Positions 1 through 5,077 of a stretch of DNA of 5,077 nucleotides are shown here, piece by piece. Position numbers and translations under genes: made by a program. This stretch comes from a virus (taxonomy: Duplodnaviria > Heunggongvirae > Uroviricota > Caudoviricetes), in IMG/VR virus record IMGVR_UViG_2681813201_000009. One strand, written 5' to 3'. Under the pieces are notes generated by a model. It was not told the DNA's origin. It made no database searches and was given only the letters and a program-made list of their open reading frames with translations. Each line of letters starts with the position of its first letter. Position 1 is the stretch's first letter.

Positions 1-3000
1 TTTTGACAATATCGCCTTCAATCTGGTTGGCTGACAGTTTCCCCTTAATCTGACAGTTCTCATTAATCGTGACGTTGTTGAGCGTCCCTGAGTTCGCATT
101 CACACTGCCACTGATATCCGCATTTTTCGCCGTCAGTCGCCCGTCCGGCGTCAGGGAAAATGCCGGAGGATTGCCGGATGACGTGATACTCACCGCAAAC
201 AGCCGCTTCAGGAACACATCGTTCATGAACAACTGATTCCCCTGCGCCACAAATAACGGCGTGCTGTTGCCGTTCTCCGGATTTATCATCGCGATACGGT
301 CAGCCAGCAGCAGTATGTTGCTCAGTGGCTGGCCATCAGTATCCTCAATCCCTGCACCAATCCCGGCCACATAGGGAATGCCGTCTTTCGTTTTTTGAAC
401 CTTCAGCATGTACAGCGCAGCCAGGTCATCATTTGTGTCCTTCTGCACGCGCTGTATCTGCTGAATGGTGGCGCTCTGGTCTTCCAGCGTTTTACTGACC
501 GTCTGTGTGATTTCATTGCGGGTTTCGGTGATGGAGGTCTTCATCTCCGCCATCTCATCCGCAAGCTGGCTGTTATCTATCAGCTCCCACAGCCCCTGAG
601 CCAGATGCAGTTTTCCTATTTTTTCCCGAAACAGCCCCAGATACCCTTCTGCATCATTGCTGGCCCGTCCACTGGCTTCCACAAAAGCAGATTTACCCAC
701 CAGGTTGACGCTGCGCACATAAAACCAGAAATCCTTTCCGGGCTTAATGTGCGGACCGGAGACACTCCACTGACTGCCGGTCCCCAGATAACGGGCAGAG
801 GTTTCCACCTGTGCGGCGTCTGCAATTTTTGCCTCCGAAAACCAGAACTCAAACTGCACCGTCGGGTCATAAATGGTCAGTTTCGGGACTGCCGTTATCT
901 GAAAATACCCCGGCGTCAGTTCAACACCGGCAGGCGCTGCCGGTGCGTTAATCCGGAACGTGGTGGTGGCGGGTTCGCCCTGCTGGCCATAGCTGTTAAT
1001 CGCCCTGACTGTCAGGGTGTATTCCCCGAGAGGCAGGCCACTGAAACGGTGCTCCGTATCGGCAGTGATGGCGGTGGTCACCAGACGGCTGTCTTCTCCG
1101 CTTCCGCTGGTCAGGCGCAGACTGAAGCGCACACCCTTCACCACCCGCGGCGTGTCCCATTTCGCCTGTGCCAGATACTGACCGTCAGCCGCGCTCACCT
1201 CCACCGTCAGGTGCTGCACAGCCGGCGGGATGACGCTGTTCAGCGAACCGGACAGTGGCTCAAAGCTGGCCCCGTTATCCACAATGGCTTCTTTTTCCGG
1301 TACGTGCTGCACCGCCGTGATGGCAAAGGTGCCGTCCGTGTTTTCCCGGATGGAGACACAGCGGAACAGGCGACGACGCAGTGACGGCAGGGAGAGTCCC
1401 CATACACCGTATGTCTCCACACCATCAGGCAGGGTGCTGACCTGTATCCGGTCCGGCGCGGGGTGTGCGGTGATGTCCACACTCACCGGCTTACCGCTGC
1501 CGTTAATCAGGTTCACCGTGGCGGCACCTGTCTCCGGCAGGGTCACCTCACGGTCCAGCGTCAGGGTGCGGGTGGCAGCATCAATGGACAGGACACGTCC
1601 GCCGGTCAGGGTCCCGGCATAGTCATTATCACAGATTTCAATAATGTCACCGGGTGTGTGCCGCAGCCCCTGAGACCCGAGCGTGAAATCCACCGTCTGC
1701 GTTTCCAGCAGTTCGGTCTTTATCACCCACAGTCCGGCACGGTGGGCCTGACCGCGGCTGGTACAGCCGAACGCGTCCATCTTCAGCAGGTTGCGTCCGT
1801 AGCGCAGTATGGCTTCCGGGTCTTCCACCAGTTCCGTGGAGGTCTGCCAGCCGTTCTGCGGGTCGGTGTAATTCACCTCCACCGCCGTGTGGCGGTCCTT
1901 CAGGGCGCTGAAGCTGTAGCGGAACCCCACGCCGTTATCATCCACCACCACATCGCTGTTGGTGTACGGCAACACCACATCCGACGGACGGTCCTGAACG
2001 AACGTCAGCGTCTGGCCGTTCCATACCGGCATACAGCGCATCGCCGAGCAGAAATCACTGAGAACGTCCCACGCCTTACGCTGTTGTGACAGGTACGCAT
2101 TAAAGGTCATCCGCGGCTCTGTCCCTCCGAAGCCGTCCGGGACACGCTGGTCACAGTACTGCCCGATGGCATACAGCGCCCACTTGTCCACATCCGCGGC
2201 CCCCAGGCGTTTTCCCATGCCGTAGCGCGGGTGAGTCAGCATGTCCCACAGGCACCAGGCCGGGTTGTTGCTGTATGCCGGTTTCAGGCTGCCGTCCCAG
2301 ATGCCGCTGTACGTGCGTTTTTCCGGGTCATAGTTTGACGGTACCTGAATGATGCGACCGCGGATATGGTAGTTCACCGTCATCTGCTGGCCGCCGAACT
2401 GCTCCGCATCCACCTGCAGCCCCACAATGGCCGTGTTCGGGTAGCACTGTTTCACATCGATGATTTCGGTGTATGACGACCAGAGCGTCTTATTCTGCAG
2501 CTGGTCCGTGGTGCTGTCCGCCGTCTCCCTGACCATCCGGATGTTAAAGGGGCGGGGAGGCAGATTATCCAGAATCACCGAAGCGAGGAACTGTGAGGTG
2601 GTCTTGCCGTTAATGGTGACATCCTTTTCCGTCACCCAGTTACCGTTACGCTGCAGCTGAATCAGCAGGCGGACGGATGCCGGGTTACGGTCACCCTGTG
2701 AGGTGGTCTGCACCAGTGACTGCACCCCGAAGGTGACCCGCAGGCGGTCAATGTTCGCGGACGTAATGGTGCGCGTCACCGGCTTTGCCTTCGTCACTTC
2801 CACGCCCAGTGCGGTTTCAGAGCCGGATGACTCAAAACCTTCCGGCGGTGTCTGCTCCTGCTCCCCGGCGCGCCAGACCGCGGTCACACCGTGTATCACG
2901 GGATTGCCGTCCGTGTCCGTCAGTGGGGTTTTGTTCACCAGAATACTCTGCAGCCCCTTCACCGGACCTTCAATCGGCCCTTCACCAATGGCGTCAATCA

Positions 3001-3076
3001 CGCTCATCATCTGCGTGGACTTAAGATTGTCCTTTGCCTCTACCGGCGTGTGCCCCTTGCCGCCCCCTTTACCCAC
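1..3076 (-). CDS. J: Host specificity protein J / central tail fibre (tail tip), N-terminal ~1025 codons; the C-terminal receptor-binding end lies beyond position 1
   Basis: Hand scan of the minus-strand frame (plus-strand triplets starting at positions congruent to 2 mod 3) from 2 to 3076 found no TTA/CTA/TCA, i.e. no in-frame stop. The N-terminus reads (V/M)[37 protein letters not shown]... and the window-edge end reads ...[21 protein letters not shown]; both resemble lambda J as I remember it ([24 protein letters not shown]... and ...ENCTINGTLRAEKIVGDIVK). Start is GTG at 3076..3074, with an in-frame TGA upstream at 3152..3154 and no in-frame ATG between. It is missing from the ORF track because there is no stop inside the window. 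Confidence 0.9.
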   Translation of the reverse strand, partial: MGKGGGKGHTPVEAKDNLKSTQMMSVIDAIGEGPIEGPVKGLQSILVNKTPLTDTDGNPVIHGVTAVWRAGEQEQTPPEGFESSGSETALGVEVTKAKPVTRTITSANIDRLRVTFGVQSLVQTTSQGDRNPASVRLLIQLQRNGNWVTEKDVTINGKTTSQFLASVILDNLPPRPFNIRMVRETADSTTDQLQNKTLWSSYTEIIDVKQCYPNTAIVGLQVDAEQFGGQQMTVNYHIRGRIIQVPSNYDPEKRTYSGIWDGSLKPAYSNNPAWCLWDMLTHPRYGMGKRLGAADVDKWALYAIGQYCDQRVPDGFGGTEPRMTFNAYLSQQRKAWDVLSDFCSAMRCMPVWNGQTLTFVQDRPSDVVLPYTNSDVVVDDNGVGFRYSFSALKDRHTAVEVNYTDPQNGWQTSTELVEDPEAILRYGRNLLKMDAFGCTSRGQAHRAGLWVIKTELLETQTVDFTLGSQGLRHTPGDIIEICDNDYAGTLTGGRVLSIDAATRTLTLDREVTLPETGAATVNLINGSGKPVSVDITAHPAPDRIQVSTLPDGVETYGVWGLSLPSLRRRLFRCVSIRENTDGTFAITAVQHVPEKEAIVDNGASFEPLSGSLNSVIPPAVQHLTVEVSAADGQYLAQAKWDTPRVVKGVRFSLRLTSGSGEDSRLVTTAITADTEHRFSGLPLGEYTLTVRAINSYGQQGEPATTTFRINAPAAPAGVELTPGYFQITAVPKLTIYDPTVQFEFWFSEAKIADAAQVETSARYLGTGSQWSVSGPHIKPGKDFWFYVRSVNLVGKSAFVEASGRASNDAEGYLGLFREKIGKLHLAQGLWELIDNSQLADEMAEMKTSITETRNEITQTVSKTLEDQSATIQQIQRVQKDTNDDLAALYMLKVQKTKDGIPYVAGIGAGIEDTDGQPLSNILLLADRIAMINPENGNSTPLFVAQGNQLFMNDVFLKRLFAVSITSSGNPPAFSLTPDGRLTAKNADISGSVNANSGTLNNVTINENCQIKGKLSANQIEGDIVK

Positions 3077-3080
3077 TCTG

Positions 3081-3092
3081 TCCCCCTCTCCT
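3081..3092 (-). promoter_or_regulatory. Shine-Dalgarno region for J (minus-strand AGGAGAGGGGGA, 4-11 nt upstream of the GTG start)
   Basis: The reverse complement of 3077..3093 is caggagagggggacaga, immediately followed by GTG. Confidence 0.5.
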
Positions 3093-3116
3093 GTCTGATG
3101 TCTGAATCTGTTTATG

Positions 3117-3150
3117 CCAGAAAACAACAGGCACCCCGGAGGGTGCCTGT
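3117..3150 (-). terminator. Candidate rho-independent terminator on the minus strand (10-bp GC-rich stem, 4-nt loop, then U-rich tract)
   Basis: Plus-strand 3127..3136 acaggcaccc and 3141..3150 gggtgcctgt are perfect reverse complements around loop cgga. On the minus-strand RNA the hairpin is followed by UGUUUUCU (plus 3117..3126). It begins 1 nt after the stop of the small ORF (3152..3154). There is no T-tract on the plus side. Confidence 0.45.
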
Positions 3151-3151
3151 G

Positions 3152-3271
3152 TCATGACGGAATAAAATTTCTGAAACTCTTCACATTTCCGGCAATTGCC
3201 TGTAGCCGCAATAATGACGCTGCATTACTTTTTTGATGCCTGAAAAATAACTCCATAACGTTAATCTTCAT
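3152..3271 (-). CDS. Small hypothetical protein, 39 aa (MKINVMELFFRHQKSNAASLLRLQAIAGNVKSFRNFIPS), in an AT-rich I-J insert; moron candidate
   Basis: ATG at 3271..3269 is preceded by GGGAGAG (plus 3276..3282) with a 4-6 nt spacer. 39 sense codons end at TGA 3152..3154, which directly abuts the terminator hairpin. Local GC is about 38% (50/130 counted for 3151..3280) against visibly GC-rich flanking genes. It is below the length cut-off of the supplied ORF track. No homology is recognised; a short ORF in AT-rich DNA can arise by chance. Confidence 0.35.
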   Translation of the reverse strand: MKINVMELFFRHQKSNAASLLRLQAIAGNVKSFRNFIPS

Positions 3272-3279
3272 CGTTCTCT

Positions 3280-3317
3280 CCCGCAGCTCCGCTAACTCTG
3301 CGGGATTTTTTTATTTT
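3280..3317 (+). terminator. Candidate rho-independent terminator on the plus strand (antisense to the late operon)
   Basis: Stem cccgcag (3280..3286) and ctgcggg (3298..3304) flank an 11-nt loop, followed by atttttttatttt (3305..3317). On the minus strand the same hairpin is preceded, not followed, by the A/T run, so it would stop only rightward (plus-sense) transcription. It lies between the I stop and the small-ORF Shine-Dalgarno. Confidence 0.4.
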
Positions 3318-3994
3318 CATCCCCGCCCGATAACCACCACTTTCCCGTCTCCGCCCTCATCACGGGTGCTGATGTCCTGGGATATCCGTCGTGAACCAAC
3401 CAGCATTTCACCATAAGGCACCGGCATCGGGTTCCCCTGGGCAATCATGTTATCCAGTGACGAAAAATACGTGTTCTGTTTACCGTTATCCGTCGCCCTG
3501 TACTCCGGTGTTTTTGCCTTCGGTGCCAGCATCTGGGCCACACCGCCCAGTATCATGCTGGCACCCAGTGAGAACAGCATCGTGGTGGCAGTCAGCCCTC
3601 CGGCACTCAGGGCTGCGCCCCACAACGCCATCGTTGCGCCGGCGGTGAAGAAAGAGCCCACGATGGCTGCTGCCCCCAGCACAATCTGCAGTCCGCCCTT
3701 TCCGGCCCCGGCCAGTCGCGGCACAATATGGATGACCGCCCCCTCACCCAGAGGTTCGTGAAGACGGGCGTACACCGCCTCCGGTGCCGTGTCCTCACCG
3801 CGAATACGTATCTGGTACCAGCCTTCGTTCATCTGACGGCGGAATCCCGGCATCTGCAGCGACAGGGCACGGATGGCTTCCGCTGCCGTGTTCACGTACA
3901 GGCTGAGGCGGCGGCCAAATCGTTGCAAATCCCCGTGAAGGCAGATGCGTGCCAGTGGCGGTGACGCCAGACAGAATGCGTTCGTCGTTGCCAT
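3317..3994 (-). CDS. I: Tail tip assembly protein I (N-terminal ubiquitin-like beta-grasp region, Gly-rich hydrophobic middle, C-terminal domain)
   Basis: ORF track 3317..3994 (-), 225 aa. N-terminus MATTNAFCLASPPLARICLHGDLQRFGRR... and C-terminus ...GEMLVGSRRISQDISTRDEGGDGKVVVIGRG resemble lambda I as I recall it. A GGGAGAGG Shine-Dalgarno (plus 4006..4013) sits 11 nt upstream of the ATG. Stop is TGA at 3317..3319. Confidence 0.9.
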   Translation of the reverse strand: MATTNAFCLASPPLARICLHGDLQRFGRRLSLYVNTAAEAIRALSLQMPGFRRQMNEGWYQIRIRGEDTAPEAVYARLHEPLGEGAVIHIVPRLAGAGKGGLQIVLGAAAIVGSFFTAGATMALWGAALSAGGLTATTMLFSLGASMILGGVAQMLAPKAKTPEYRATDNGKQNTYFSSLDNMIAQGNPMPVPYGEMLVGSRRISQDISTRDEGGDGKVVVIGRG

Positions 3995-4635
3995 TTTTCA
4001 GAATACCTCTCCCGTTTACTCAGTTGTTCAGGCAGATGGTGAAGCAGTTCACCGTTGCCGCAGTATATGGCGGCATGATTGGCCACCGATGCGCCAAAGC
4101 AGCACAGCAGGATATCGCCCGCCTGTGCAGAGGACAGGGGCACCCGGTAAAAACCAGTCGCCGCCATATTGTCCAGGTAAAGGTTCTGACCGTTGCGCCA
4201 CCAGTCATCCTCACGCACAAAATCCGGCAGCGTTATCCCCGCCAGATGGTATGCATCCCGGAACAGGGTGTAACAGTCCGTCACCCCGTGCTCAAAACGA
4301 CGCCCGGTCAGGTGCGGCACACAGCGGAATTTGTGAATTTCCCCCCGGCAGACCAGCCACCAGGGCAGGGCACTCTTTATCTGCAGCCGCCGGTCGGCCT
4401 CGCTCAGCCAGGGCAGACCACCAGGGTGGCTGTGAACCAGCGCCACAATCTCCCCCTGCATCTCTGCCTGCAGCCAGTCTTCCGGCGCAATACGAAAATA
4501 CGCCTCCGGCTCTGCGGAGATATTCACGCAGGGCTGGTACCGTTCGCCCTCCGGGGTGCCTATCACGAAGCCGCACGACTCCGCAGGCGCACACCGCCGG
4601 GCATGCACCAGAATCGCTGATTCAGTCTGTGTCAT
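3892..4635 (-). CDS. K: Tail tip assembly protein K (JAB/MPN-like domain with JAMM motif plus NlpC/P60-like domain), 248 aa
   Basis: This is the MTQTES... portion of ORF-track entry 3892..4896 (-). The start ATG is at 4635..4633, 10 nt after the L stop; the upstream 87 codons of the track ORF overlap L out of frame and are not taken as coding. A JAMM-type motif HSHPGGLPWLSEAD (H-x-H-x7-S-x2-D) is present, followed by NlpC/P60-like Cys (DCYTLF) and His (NHAAIY) signatures. The 3' end overlaps I by 103 bp. Confidence 0.88.
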   Translation of the reverse strand: MTQTESAILVHARRCAPAESCGFVIGTPEGERYQPCVNISAEPEAYFRIAPEDWLQAEMQGEIVALVHSHPGGLPWLSEADRRLQIKSALPWWLVCRGEIHKFRCVPHLTGRRFEHGVTDCYTLFRDAYHLAGITLPDFVREDDWWRNGQNLYLDNMAATGFYRVPLSSAQAGDILLCCFGASVANHAAIYCGNGELLHHLPEQLSKRERYSEKWQRRTHSVWRHRHWHASAFTGICNDLAAASACT

Positions 4636-4645
4636 AAAACAGGAT

Positions 4646-5077
4646 TTACTGCGAAAGTTTATTGATGGAAAGGAAACCGCCAAAATTAGCCACCATGCCG
4701 CGCATCTCACACCCGCGCATGCACTTGCTGCATCTGTCCTTACGGATATCCGTGGTGGGTTTATCGAACTCATCCGCCACAGCCCCGCCCGTGTAACCAC
4801 ACTCATCAGAGCGGTAGGTCCACATACAGGTGTTCGCCAGCATGATACGACCGGGAAACAGCGCTCCGTCCGTCTCCGTCGGTGTTGCCAGCACAAACGA
4901 GGCCGTCATGGCCGTCAGCTCTGACATCTGCTCCACCACCCACCGGTCAGTCAGCTCCTGCTCCGGGTCGGCCTCCGGATTGCCTGCCACAAAGTTCACC
5001 GCATCCAGAAAACGCGCATACACCCGGCGGCGGACCACCGTGGCACCCACCAGGCTCTGCAAATCCTCCGCCATCCC
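4646..5077 (-). CDS. L: Tail tip assembly protein L, C-terminal 143 codons; the N-terminus lies beyond the window end
   Basis: ORF track 4646..5074 (-) plus one further in-frame codon to the window edge. The sequence ...FPGRIMLANTCMWTYRSDECGYTGGAVADEFDKPTTDIRKDRCSKCMRGCEMRGMVANFGGFLSINKLSQ matches the lambda L C-terminus as I recall it, including the Cys cluster. Stop is TAA at 4646..4648. Confidence 0.9.
   Translation of the reverse strand, partial: GMAEDLQSLVGATVVRRRVYARFLDAVNFVAGNPEADPEQELTDRWVVEQMSELTAMTASFVLATPTETDGALFPGRIMLANTCMWTYRSDECGYTGGAVADEFDKPTTDIRKDRCSKCMRGCEMRGMVANFGGFLSINKLSQ

Larger units (their letters stand above)
1..5077 (-). mobile_element. Lambdoid phage/prophage late-region segment: tail-tip module L-K-I-(insert)-J, all on the minus strand
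   Basis: Four co-directional minus-strand genes whose products match the lambda tail-tip proteins L, K, I and J in order, spacing and overlap pattern. Neither phage boundary is in the window, so prophage versus free phage cannot be decided. Confidence 0.85.

Noticed and set aside
616-1482. Short minus-strand ORFs 616..870 and 1240..1482
   Set aside because: They are out-of-frame reads inside J; the verified J frame covers these positions.
395-2089. Long plus-strand ORFs (395..1384, 329 aa; 1230..1622; 1463..2089, 208 aa)
   Set aside because: They lie antisense to the verified uninterrupted J frame. Their translations are Arg/Gly/His-rich, low-complexity strings with no recognisable domains, which is typical of spurious antisense ORFs in GC-rich coding DNA.
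3127-3150. The hairpin 3127..3150 as a plus-strand terminator
   Set aside because: On the plus strand it is followed by gtcatgacgg, with no T-tract; only the minus-strand orientation has a U-rich tail.
2460-3157. Plus-strand ORFs 2460..2660, 2703..3098, 2785..3024 and 2891..3157
   Set aside because: All are antisense to the J N-terminal coding region (the last one also crosses the J start), are Pro/Ser/Arg-rich, and have no ribosome-binding site.
3154-3256. Tiny plus-strand ORFs inside the insert (MTE at 3154, MTLHYFFDA at 3214, MPEK at 3236)
   Set aside because: They are 3 to 9 codons long with no Shine-Dalgarno. The minus-strand 39-codon frame, with its ribosome-binding site and adjacent terminator, is the more parsimonious reading.
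3150-3320. Sigma70 promoter for the small ORF or for a plus-strand transcript
   Set aside because: Only weak matches were found (for example ttcaca at 3180..3185 with no acceptable -10 at 17 bp; A-rich -10-like strings upstream of the small ORF without a good -35). That is not enough to call a promoter from sequence alone.
3607-4594. Short minus-strand ORFs 3607..3798, 4020..4220 and 4292..4594
   Set aside because: They are alternative-frame reads inside I and K, with Cys/Arg/Trp-rich composition and no start signals.
3391-4637. Plus-strand ORFs antisense to I and K (3391..3648, 3447..3761, 3728..3964, 3945..4637, 3949..4620)
   Set aside because: They overlap the well-supported I and K genes on the opposite strand and translate to Pro/Arg/Ala-rich sequences with no recognisable motifs.
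4636-4896. N-terminal 87 codons of ORF-track entry 3892..4896 (-) (MCWQHRRRRTERCF...)
   Set aside because: This stretch overlaps the L C-terminus in another frame and has no homology. The conserved K sequence begins at the internal ATG (4635) just after the L stop, so this upstream part is a run-on of the open frame, not coding.
1-5077. CRISPR array, tRNA/rRNA genes, IS element or integrase/att site
   Set aside because: There are no direct-repeat/spacer arrays, no tRNA-like cloverleaf candidates, and no transposase- or integrase-like ORFs. The window is internal to a phage late operon.

Overview
The whole window is the tail-tip module of a lambda-like (lambdoid) phage or prophage, encoded entirely on the minus strand in the order L (5'-partial) - K - I - J (3'-partial). 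L, K and I are supported by the supplied ORF translations. J is absent from the ORF track because it runs off the window at position 1 without a stop; I checked its frame by hand across all 1,025 codons (positions 2..3076) and found no in-frame stop. The one feature not explained by the canonical layout is a ~240-bp I-J spacer (3077..3316), which lambda, as I recall it, has at only ~60 bp. That spacer contains a ~38% GC core, a 39-codon minus-strand ORF with its own Shine-Dalgarno, and two outward-facing hairpin/T-tract terminators. I read this as a small inserted 'moron'-like cassette of unknown function, and it is the best candidate for something undescribed here. The long plus-strand ORFs in the track are antisense artefacts of the minus-strand genes. 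No rRNA, tRNA, CRISPR array or IS element was seen.
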